A stretch of DNA of 64,000 bases, from contig CALARE010000005.1 of the NCBI GenBank assembly GCA_937888725.1, positions 2,884 to 66,883 of the forward strand. Reading direction: 5' to 3'. Under the pieces are notes generated by a model that saw nothing but the letters and a program-made list of their open reading frames with translations, was not told the origin of the DNA and ran no database searches. The position numbers and the translations under genes were made by a program. Origin of the DNA: an uncultured Alphaproteobacteria bacterium. Lineage in GTDB: Bacteria > Pseudomonadota > Alphaproteobacteria > CAAHEQ01 > UBA3637. This document shows positions 19,222 to 26,540 of the stretch, piece after piece. Within the stretch, counting starts at the first letter, position 1. Each line of letters begins with the position of its first letter.

Positions 19222-19677
19222 ATGAGTTTAAACGATAGAATAATTCAAAGCATTATTGATAAGGATGAAACCTTTATTTGGGAGGTAACGGGTTCTATTC
19301 GTGATGTTAAATTTAACCCTTTTTATTTGATTTTGACGATTTTAACGTGTGGTATTTTTTTAATCGCACTTCATTACAATCGCATTTATCATAGTTATGT
19401 GCTTACATCACAACGTTTGGTGATTATTTCGGGCATTTTTTCAAAAGATGTGGATGAAATTGAGCTATTCCGTATTGTGGATAGTTCTGCCTCTCAATCG
19501 ATGATTGACGTATGGGCGGATCTTGGTGATATTTATATTAATTCAACGGACAAGACGGGGCTTTTGAAAATGCATAAGATAAAAGATCCACATAAAGTGA
19601 GAGATTCTCTACGCAAACAATATATGGCGGCTCGTCAGAAAAAGGGAACCGTTATTTTAGAAAGTTTAAGTTCTTAA
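19222..19677 (+). CDS. Membrane protein with a bacterial PH (bPH_2/DUF304-like) domain
   Basis: TM hairpin FYLILTILTCGIFLIALHY followed by YVLTSQRLVIISGIFSKDVDEIELFRIVD, a pattern typical of YdbS/YdbT-like PH domains. AAGGAG RBS. Confidence 0.5.
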   Translation: MSLNDRIIQSIIDKDETFIWEVTGSIRDVKFNPFYLILTILTCGIFLIALHYNRIYHSYVLTSQRLVIISGIFSKDVDEIELFRIVDSSASQSMIDVWADLGDIYINSTDKTGLLKMHKIKDPHKVRDSLRKQYMAARQKKGTVILESLSS

Positions 19678-19765
19678 TTTTTTTATTCTCAACATAATAG
19701 TATTGACAACATATTTCTTTATGTTGTATCCTTTAAATTGTTAATAAAAATGAAAGGATAGTAAA

Positions 19766-19927
19766 ATGAAAAAATTATTAATGGTTGCAGCTCTTGTATT
19801 GGCTGTTTCAACATTATCAGGTTGTATGGGTGAACGTGGACGTATTGGTGGTCAAAAAGTTTGCACAAACCAATATTTACTCGGTGTGTTATCTGTTTCA
19901 GAACTTTTTTCTCCTTGTGGAAAATAA
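19766..19927 (+). CDS. Small lipoprotein (53 aa); not in the ORF track
   Basis: My translation is MKKLLMVAALVLAVSTLSGCMGERGRIGGQKVCTNQYLLGVLSVSELFSPCGK, with lipobox LSGC. AGGA RBS. Followed by a GCGGG/CCCGC hairpin plus T-run at about 19937-19966. Confidence 0.5.
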   Translation: MKKLLMVAALVLAVSTLSGCMGERGRIGGQKVCTNQYLLGVLSVSELFSPCGK

Positions 19928-19998
19928 TGTTAAAATGGGCGGGTGTAAAATCCCGCTCTTTTTTTATTAAAATATTTTTAAAACAGAATAAAAAAGCC

Positions 19999-20027
19999 TT
20001 GCATTTTAAAAAAAAGTTGTTTATAAT
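19999..20027 (+). promoter_or_regulatory. Sigma-70 promoter for tRNA-Leu
   Basis: TTGCAT (19999-20004), a 17-nt spacer, then TATAAT (20022-20027), 14 nt upstream of the tRNA 5' end. Confidence 0.5.
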
Positions 20028-20040
20028 ACATCTACATTTT

Positions 20041-20125
20041 GCGGTTATGGCGGAATTGGTAGACGCGCAGCGTTGAGGTCGCTGTGGAGAGATCCGTGGA
20101 AGTTCGAGTCTTCTTAACCGCACCA
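20041..20125 (+). tRNA. tRNA-Leu (anticodon GAG), CCA encoded
   Basis: Hand-folded cloverleaf. Acceptor GCGGTTA/TAACCGC. Anticodon stem CAGCG/CGCTG with loop TTGAGGT. Long variable arm GGA-gaga-TCC. T-loop TTCGAGT. 3' CCA. Confidence 0.9.
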
Positions 20126-20151
20126 AAAAGCTCCTTTGGGAGCTTTTTTTT
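20126..20151 (+). terminator. Rho-independent terminator after tRNA-Leu
   Basis: AGCTCC-tttg-GGAGCT followed by T8. Confidence 0.65.
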
Positions 20152-20245
20152 ATATCAATTAAAAATAAGAGGATTTGCTGTATATTGTGTTAAATAAGGT
20201 AGGGTTTTGTGTTTTTTTTGAGATGTTTTTTTATGGATTAGATAA

Positions 20246-20282
20246 GAAAAAAGAGTGACGGATGCCGTGTCACTCTTTTTTC
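20246..20282. terminator. Bidirectional terminator downstream of pilin-like gene 2
   Basis: AGAGTGAC-ggatgccgt-GTCACTCT flanked by an A-run and a T-run. Confidence 0.6.
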
Positions 20283-20304
20283 CCAACTAATATCCAAAAG
20301 GATA

Positions 20305-20766
20305 TTAGTTTTGTTTGATGCTGAAACTAACCTTGTTGTTTGAAGCACAATCATTTGTTCCACCAACAATTGAACCAAATGCATTACAAAGTTTATTATC
20401 ATTGAATGTTACACTAATTGTAACTTCGTCTGCAGCTAGACTTCCACCAGCACTGATACCTGTAACTTTCATCTCTGTGACGCCACTTGGAGGGTTGCCC
20501 AAACCTGCACTTGATGGTGTCATATTTTTTGTAGCAGAAGAACAAACTGATGAATCAGCATTGTCTGAGCCACTATTTAACATTTCATTTTGACAAGCTG
20601 AATATGCAACGAGAGCCAATTTTGCAGCTGTATCAGCAACGCCGTTTGCACGGTGACGACGCATTGAAAGTGTGTAACCAGCGATACCGCCGACTGATAA
20701 AACACCGATAATAGCTAAAACGCCAAGCATTTCAACCATTGAACGACCAGATTCCAATTTTTTCAT
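20305..20766 (-). CDS. Prepilin-type N-terminal domain protein (type IV pilin-like), paralog 2
   Basis: MKKLESG|RSMVEMLGVLAIIGVLSVGGIAGY. Several Cys residues in the C-terminal half could form disulfide pairs. Confidence 0.8.
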   Translation of the reverse strand: MKKLESGRSMVEMLGVLAIIGVLSVGGIAGYTLSMRRHRANGVADTAAKLALVAYSACQNEMLNSGSDNADSSVCSSATKNMTPSSAGLGNPPSGVTEMKVTGISAGGSLAADEVTISVTFNDNKLCNAFGSIVGGTNDCASNNKVSFSIKQN

Positions 20767-20956
20767 TTTAAAAATTCCTTTTTTATTGTAATTACAAAAT
20801 CGAGGTTAAAATCCTTTAATCCCCACTCGAAACCATATAATCACACCTAAAAAGAAAAATCAATACTTTTTTTATTCTTTTTTTGAAAAAAAATAATTTT
20901 TTGAATAGAGGAAATCACTTTATCCCAAAATACCCGTTGCCAATAGCATCTTTTTC

Positions 20957-21008
20957 ATTTTAGATTTTGTGGAAAAGTTTGCATTTTCTAAAATGAAAGC
21001 CAGTGTTT
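20957..21008. repeat. 52-bp direct repeat, copy 1 (right after the ATPase stop codon)
   Basis: ATTTTAGATTTTGTGGAAAAGTTTGCATTTTCTAAAATGAAAGCCAGTGTTT. Contains an 8-bp inverted repeat, ATTTTAGA ... TCTAAAAT. Differs at one position from the copy at 22342-22393. Confidence 0.85.
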
Positions 21009-22261
21009 TAGAAATCTAAACTTTCAGGAGATAAAAGAAAATCTTTTAATCCAACTGTTAAAATACCGTTTTCATTATAGTATGGTTTTTTGCTACCGCC
21101 AATAATAATGATTTTTTTAAATCCATCGGGTATGTTAAGAAGTGATTTTTCCTCTTGTTTTTGTTTTTCTATTGTTGATAGCTGATATGCAGATTGAATA
21201 TAATATCGTTTACTACCAAAATTAACAACAAAATCAACCTCTACTTTTTTTGATTGTTTTGTTCCGAGTTTATTTTTCTCAACAATTGAAACCTCGCCAA
21301 CATCTACTTGATAATCTCGGATAATAAGTTCATTGTAAATCACATTTTCCATTAAATGGGTTTCTTCTTGTTGCCTAAAATTGATTTCAGCATTTCTTAA
21401 CCCAATGTCTGTAAAGTAATATTTTGCAGGTGTATTAATATATTTTTTCCCTTTTATGTCATATCGTAACACTTTGTTTATTAAAAAGGCATCTTCAAAA
21501 AATGATAAATAATTTTTAATAGTTGGTGCGGATAATTCCAACTTTTTATTACTTTTGAATGTGTCGGAGAGTTTTTGTGGGTTTGTTAATGATCCAATAT
21601 TGGATGCTATTATTGCAAGCAATTCTTCTAATTCTTCAGAGTTTTGGATTTTATTTCGTGCAATAATATCTTTTAAATATGTTTCTTTGAATAAGGTTTG
21701 TAGATATTTTGCTTTTTCAACCTCAGTATTAAATTTAAATAATGCGGGCATGCCACCATATACACTATATTCACTCCACGCTTCATCCCAATCCACATTT
21801 TTGTGTGCATAATATTCAGCAAAGCTTAATGGATGAATTCGAATTTCATCTCCTCGACCTCTAAATTCTGTTACGATGTCAGTAGATAAAAATTTAGAAT
21901 TACTGCCTGTAACGTAAACATCTAAATTTTTAACATGTAAAAATCCGTTTAAAACACTTTCAAAATCTTCCATCATTTGTACTTCGTCAAGAAGGAGGTA
22001 ATACATATCCTTGTCAAGCATTTGTTCTTTGACATATTTAATACATTCGTCTGGATTTCGATATTTTTCTTGCTCTCTCGTATCTAATTGGATGCAAATA
22101 ATATGATCATTTTTTGTGCCTGTTTCTAACAAATGGTTTTTAAATAATTCAAATAACATATATGATTTTCCACAACGGCGAATCCCGCTAATAATCTTAA
22201 TAAAGCCATTATGTTTATGACTGATAAGTTTATTTAAATAATAATCTCTTTTTATTTCCAT
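21008..22261 (-). CDS. AAA+ ATPase, COG1373/DUF4143-like
   Basis: Walker A GIRRCGKSYML and Walker B YYLLLDEVQ. The MEIKRDYYLNKL start is typical of this family. I placed the start at 22261 (GGAGG RBS 5 nt upstream). The track start at 22336 reads through repeat copy 2. Confidence 0.8.
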   Translation of the reverse strand: MEIKRDYYLNKLISHKHNGFIKIISGIRRCGKSYMLFELFKNHLLETGTKNDHIICIQLDTREQEKYRNPDECIKYVKEQMLDKDMYYLLLDEVQMMEDFESVLNGFLHVKNLDVYVTGSNSKFLSTDIVTEFRGRGDEIRIHPLSFAEYYAHKNVDWDEAWSEYSVYGGMPALFKFNTEVEKAKYLQTLFKETYLKDIIARNKIQNSEELEELLAIIASNIGSLTNPQKLSDTFKSNKKLELSAPTIKNYLSFFEDAFLINKVLRYDIKGKKYINTPAKYYFTDIGLRNAEINFRQQEETHLMENVIYNELIIRDYQVDVGEVSIVEKNKLGTKQSKKVEVDFVVNFGSKRYYIQSAYQLSTIEKQKQEEKSLLNIPDGFKKIIIIGGSKKPYYNENGILTVGLKDFLLSPESLDF

Positions 22262-22270
22262 AATCGCCTC

Positions 22271-22312
22271 CATTTTAGATTTTGTAGAAAAGTTGTCATT
22301 TTCTAAAATGAT
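22271..22312. repeat. Degenerate partial repeat copy 2, immediately upstream of the ATPase RBS
   Basis: CATTTTAGATTTTGTAGAAAAGTTGTCATTTTCTAAAATGA. Keeps the ATTTTAGA/TCTAAAAT inverted arms. Confidence 0.75.
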
Positions 22313-22341
22313 AAAACGAATATGACCTTTTGTCAAGATGT

Positions 22342-22393
22342 ATTTTAGATTTTGTGGAAAAGTTTGTATTTTCTAAAATGAAAGCCAGTGTTT
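22342..22393. repeat. 52-bp direct repeat, copy 3
   Basis: ATTTTAGATTTTGTGGAAAAGTTTGTATTTTCTAAAATGAAAGCCAGTGTTT. One mismatch relative to copy 1. Confidence 0.85.
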
Positions 22394-22490
22394 ATCTGGT
22401 TTTTTATTTCTTTATATCAGCCATCAAACCATGAATATCATATTCATCAGAATAATAAAATAACATACAAAGCGTTTTAAAAAGGAAATA

Positions 22491-22536
22491 AAAAATTACC
22501 CTCAAAAATTATCATAATTTTGAGAGTAATTTTTTA
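22491..22536 (-). terminator. Terminator downstream of pgk
   Basis: TTACCCTCAAAA ... TTTTGAGAGTAA hairpin with one mismatch, flanked by A and T runs. Confidence 0.5.
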
Positions 22537-22554
22537 AGCTATTTATTTTAGAAA

Positions 22555-23742
22555 TTATTTTTCTAAAATGGCAACGCCTGGGAGGGATTTACCTTCCATC
22601 CATTCAAGGAAAGCACCACCAGCGGCTGAAACATATGTTAAATTAGGTTCAACACCTGCTTTTTTAAGTGCTGAAACAGTATCACCACCACCAGCAACAG
22701 ATGTAAGTTTCCCTTCTTTTGTGAGTTTTGCAACCTCAACGGCAATTTCATTTGTTCCTTTATCAAAAGGTTTTAATTCAAAAGCACCGACAGGACCATT
22801 CCAAATGAGCGTTTTTGATTGTTTAATTACATCAACAAATGCTTGTACCGATTTTTCACCAATGTCAAGTAAAACTTTCCCAGCTGGAACAGCATCAGCG
22901 TCTGATGTGTGCGGTGTTTGCCCTTCACCAAATTGGTCTGCCCAAACAAGGTCAACAGGAAGAACGATTTTGCAATTTCCAGCATTATCCATAATTTCTT
23001 TAGCAGTTGAAATCATGCCTGTTTCAACAAGGGAGCCTTCACCCATTGGAATGCCCTTGGCAGCCAAGAATGTGTGAGCCATACCTCCACCAATGCAAAG
23101 GTAATCAACTTTTTTAACAAGGTTGCCGAGTAAATCAAGTTTTGTTGAAACTTTTGAACCACCAACAACAGCAACAGCTGGGCGTTCTGGATTGCCAAGT
23201 GCTTTATCAAGAGCTTCTAATTCTTCTTGCATCAGGCGACCAGCTGCTCTTGGTAATAAGTGAGCCATGCCTTCTGTTGATGCGTGAGCACGGTGTGCTG
23301 TTGAAAAGGCGTCATCAACATAAATATCGATACCACTTGCGAGTTGTTCTGCAAAAGTTTTATCATTTTTTTCTTCTCCAGCGTAGTAGCGTAGGTTTTC
23401 AAGTAAAACGACGTCCCCTGTGTTCATGTTGCGAATAATGGTATCTCTTTCATTGCCGATACAATCGTTCACAAATGTTACTTTTAAACCACTTGCTTGT
23501 TCTAAAGCAGGAGCTAAAAATGCCATTGAAAATTCAGGATTTTTTTCACCTTTTGGACGACCAAAGTGAGAAGCAACAACAACCTTTGCACCTTTTTCAA
23601 CAAGTTCTTTCAGAGTTGGAACAAAGCGGTCAATGCGTGTTGTGTCTGTGATTTTACCTTCTTTTGCAGGGACGTTTAAGTCTGCACGAACAAAAACAGT
23701 CTTTCCGTTAAAGTCAAAATCATTTAATGTTTTGTATGTCAT
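22555..23742 (-). CDS. pgk: Phosphoglycerate kinase
   Basis: 395 aa. Contains RADLNVP, ASHFGRPKG, GGGDT and GGGAFLEW, all classic Pgk motifs. Confidence 0.97.
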   Translation of the reverse strand: MTYKTLNDFDFNGKTVFVRADLNVPAKEGKITDTTRIDRFVPTLKELVEKGAKVVVASHFGRPKGEKNPEFSMAFLAPALEQASGLKVTFVNDCIGNERDTIIRNMNTGDVVLLENLRYYAGEEKNDKTFAEQLASGIDIYVDDAFSTAHRAHASTEGMAHLLPRAAGRLMQEELEALDKALGNPERPAVAVVGGSKVSTKLDLLGNLVKKVDYLCIGGGMAHTFLAAKGIPMGEGSLVETGMISTAKEIMDNAGNCKIVLPVDLVWADQFGEGQTPHTSDADAVPAGKVLLDIGEKSVQAFVDVIKQSKTLIWNGPVGAFELKPFDKGTNEIAVEVAKLTKEGKLTSVAGGGDTVSALKKAGVEPNLTYVSAAGGAFLEWMEGKSLPGVAILEK

Positions 23743-23852
23743 TTGATTTCCTTTATGTGTTATTAAATAAAAAAGAGGGAATTGTAAAAATCATTACAAA
23801 TCCCTCCTTTTAAGGTATTCCTTTTTAAAGGAGGCATTGCCTCTTTTAAAAA

Positions 23853-24863
23853 TTATTTGATTAAATTGCCCATGTAAGCAGCTGTGTCAAGCATGCGGTT
23901 TGAGAAACCCCATTCATTGTCATACCAGCTCATTACACGCAATTGTGTGCCACCCATAACCTTTGTGCCGTTTGCATCAAATGTTGATGAATGTGCATTG
24001 TGTGTAAAGTCAACAGAAACAAGAGGTAATTCATTGTAACCTAATACACCTTTTAATTCTGTTTCAGCGTATTTTTTCATTACAGCATTGACTTCTTCTT
24101 TTGTGACAGCTTTTTTCAAAATAAGATTCGCATCAACAATTGAAACGTCAGGTGTTGGAACACGGATTGAAACACCGTCTAATTTGCCAGCTAATTGTGG
24201 TAAAACCAAACCAACAGCTTTTGCGGCACCTGTTGATGTTGGAATCATGCTCATAGCAGCAGCACGAGAACGGTACAAGTCTTTATGAACTTGGTCCAAA
24301 ATCTTTTGATCGTTTGTGTATGAGTGAATTGTTGTCATGAAACCTTGTTCAATGCCAAATTCTTTGTCTAATACATATGCAACTGGAGCTAAGCAGTTTG
24401 TTGTACAAGAAGCATTTGAAACAACTAAATCATCAGCTGTTAATGTGTCTTGGTTAACACCAAAAACGATTGTTTTGTCAGCACCTTGTGATGGAGCAGA
24501 AACAAGTACACGTTTTGCACCAGCATTGATATGAACCATTGCTTTTTCTTTAGCTGTAAAGATACCTGTGCATTCCATCACGATATCAATATCCATTTCT
24601 TTCCAAGGCAGTTGTGTAGGATCACGTTGTGCGATAACTTTTGTTTTATAATCGCCAGCGATGATGTATTCACCTTCTGCACGAACATCAAATGGTGTTG
24701 CACGGTGAACTGAATCATATTTTAAAAGATAAGCATTTGCATTTGCATCACCTAAGTCGTTGATAGCGACGATGTCGATATCTTTACGGCCAGATTCTAA
24801 AAATGCACGGTAGACCAAACGTCCAATACGGCCAAAGCCGTTAATAGCAACACGAACTGTCAT
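23853..24863 (-). CDS. gap: Glyceraldehyde-3-phosphate dehydrogenase (type I)
   Basis: INGFGRIGR NAD-binding motif, the active-site motif SNASCTTNCLAP, and WYDNEWGFS. Confidence 0.97.
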   Translation of the reverse strand: MTVRVAINGFGRIGRLVYRAFLESGRKDIDIVAINDLGDANANAYLLKYDSVHRATPFDVRAEGEYIIAGDYKTKVIAQRDPTQLPWKEMDIDIVMECTGIFTAKEKAMVHINAGAKRVLVSAPSQGADKTIVFGVNQDTLTADDLVVSNASCTTNCLAPVAYVLDKEFGIEQGFMTTIHSYTNDQKILDQVHKDLYRSRAAAMSMIPTSTGAAKAVGLVLPQLAGKLDGVSIRVPTPDVSIVDANLILKKAVTKEEVNAVMKKYAETELKGVLGYNELPLVSVDFTHNAHSSTFDANGTKVMGGTQLRVMSWYDNEWGFSNRMLDTAAYMGNLIK

Positions 24864-25040
24864 ATATTATTCTCCTTTATTCTAGTTCATTTTTCAGCAC
24901 TTGGCTGGATTTTTAATCGATAATCATTTAGGCACAAAATGAAGTAAAAATCAAGAATATTTTGTTAAATACGTTTTTTATTGCTAAAAAAATGAATATT
25001 TGATATAATAATAAAAGAATTTTTAGAGTGTGGAGGGTGT

Positions 25041-26540
25041 ATGAATAGTGATTTTAAGGATAATCAAGAGGATTTAAAAGAAGAAAAGACCGTTCTTTCT
25101 TCTCCTGAATATTTAGACCCTTTTTATAAGTCTTCTGATAAAAAGAAGAAAAAAAAGAAAAAGCCCTTTCCAACAGACCCAGATGATCCTGAAACGGATG
25201 ATTTTGATGAAGAAGATGACGACGATGATGATACGGAAACATCTAGTACATCAGATGATGGGGAAGATGAAAATGAATTAAAACAAGAAGAAAAGAAACA
25301 AGAAACAACATTTAAAGACCCTTTTTTAATTGCAAAACAAATGCAAAATGGGCCTTTAAAACAGCAACCTAATAATCCAGAAAAACGCCAAAGAAGTCCG
25401 CTTCAAAAGTTTTTTGATGTACTTCTTTATGGTGTTGAAGGGGCTAAACTTAGAAATGGTGATTTGCAAGTTAAAAATTCAATGTTTGATGAATTGTTAT
25501 TAGGTCTTGGCTTTAAGGCATATCTAAAAGATGTTCTTTTAAATAATCAATTGATTAAGCATTTGAAACAAAAGGCAAATAATCAAGATAATCCCTCATT
25601 TATTAAGCGAATTTTTAAGAATTTAAAGAAAAAAATATTTAAAGATTCAGAATTAAAATCTACGTTATCCCAAGTGAAAAAAAAGCTTGAAACAGCTGAG
25701 AAAAAAACAACACTTATTTCAACTATTCAAGAAAAAAGTGATATTTCAATGCAACAGGTTAAAAAAGAAGATGTTTTACAACGTTTAAAAACACCACAAC
25801 GTCCCGCACCTGTTGGGAAAAAAGCCCCTGAGAAAGATAAGGTTGTATTAACAAAAGAAGAAGCAAAAAAAATTTTGTTGGCTGTTGAGGAAGAAGAAAA
25901 ACGCTTAAAAGATCAAGAACGTCGTTTGGTCATTAATCAAGAAAAAGAAAACACGGCACTTCAATTAAAATTACAAGAAAATATTAAGGAACAAAGGCAA
26001 ATCAAAGCTCGTACAGCACACGAAGCAACTGTGTCAGCACAAAAAGATGTAGCAATGGCCGAGCGTGCTCAAATGATGGCAAACAAAGATATAGCTCAAG
26101 CACAAAAAGCTGCTCTTTTATCAATGCAAAGAGATGTGGCAACTAATCAAGCTGAAAAAGATTATGCGATGCAAGCTCAAATGCAAAAAAATCAAGTGCA
26201 AGAAAAAGAGATGAAAATAGACACAGAACAACTTGGTCAAGCAATGGCTCAAATTGCATCTGTGGCCCTAGGTTCTAAGATGGGAAAGCCAAATCCACCC
26301 AAGTTGCCACAAGCACTGGATGCTTTGTTGTCACAGGGGAATGTGCAATCCAAAGAAGCTTCTGACAAACAGACGGTTGCTGAAACGGTCCGTTTGGATG
26401 AAAAGGGACGCACGGAACCTGTGCCTTCTCAACAAAATGAGGTGCATCAAAGTGCGTTGGCTAAGGCTGCTCAGACATATAATGATAAATCTGATATGCA
26501 ATCTATGCAAAATCAAAATAACAAACAAGATGGCAAATAA
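25041..26540 (+). CDS. Hypothetical low-complexity protein with an acidic/poly-Lys N-terminus and a Q/A/M-rich coiled-coil C-terminus
   Basis: DKKKKKKKKPFPTDPDDPETDDFDEEDDDDDD. Later repeats of the type KDVAMAERAQMMANKDIAQAQKAALLSMQRDVATNQAEKDYAMQAQMQ. No signal peptide or enzymatic motif seen. Confidence 0.5.
   Translation: MNSDFKDNQEDLKEEKTVLSSPEYLDPFYKSSDKKKKKKKKPFPTDPDDPETDDFDEEDDDDDDTETSSTSDDGEDENELKQEEKKQETTFKDPFLIAKQMQNGPLKQQPNNPEKRQRSPLQKFFDVLLYGVEGAKLRNGDLQVKNSMFDELLLGLGFKAYLKDVLLNNQLIKHLKQKANNQDNPSFIKRIFKNLKKKIFKDSELKSTLSQVKKKLETAEKKTTLISTIQEKSDISMQQVKKEDVLQRLKTPQRPAPVGKKAPEKDKVVLTKEEAKKILLAVEEEEKRLKDQERRLVINQEKENTALQLKLQENIKEQRQIKARTAHEATVSAQKDVAMAERAQMMANKDIAQAQKAALLSMQRDVATNQAEKDYAMQAQMQKNQVQEKEMKIDTEQLGQAMAQIASVALGSKMGKPNPPKLPQALDALLSQGNVQSKEASDKQTVAETVRLDEKGRTEPVPSQQNEVHQSALAKAAQTYNDKSDMQSMQNQNNKQDGK

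Noticed and set aside
19719-20126. 135-aa minus-strand ORF from the track
   Set aside because: It runs antisense through a well-folding tRNA-Leu and through a plus-strand lipoprotein gene that has its own RBS and terminator. The protein sequence is low-complexity with no motif. I treat it as spurious.
22262-22336. N-terminal extension of the AAA+ ATPase ORF
   Set aside because: The extension translates repeat copy 2. A GGAGG RBS sits 5 nt before the internal ATG at 22261, and the protein then starts with MEIKRDYYLNKL, which is typical of the family.
20957-22393. Possibility that the three ATTTTAGA...TCTAAAAT repeats are a CRISPR array
   Set aside because: There are only three copies with very unequal spacing (about 1.26 kb and 29 bp). 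One interval is filled by a protein-coding gene, and no cas genes are in the window.
22432-22446. 15-bp perfect palindrome TGAATATCATATTCA next to repeat copy 3
   Set aside because: It is short and pure AT-rich, so it is plausible by chance in this composition. There is no second copy or obvious partner gene. I note it only as context for the ATPase cassette.
22568-23077. 169-aa plus-strand ORF, and the other ORFs at 23013-23438
   Set aside because: They are antisense to the unmistakable pgk reading frame. Such shadow ORFs are common in the more GC-rich, highly conserved genes.
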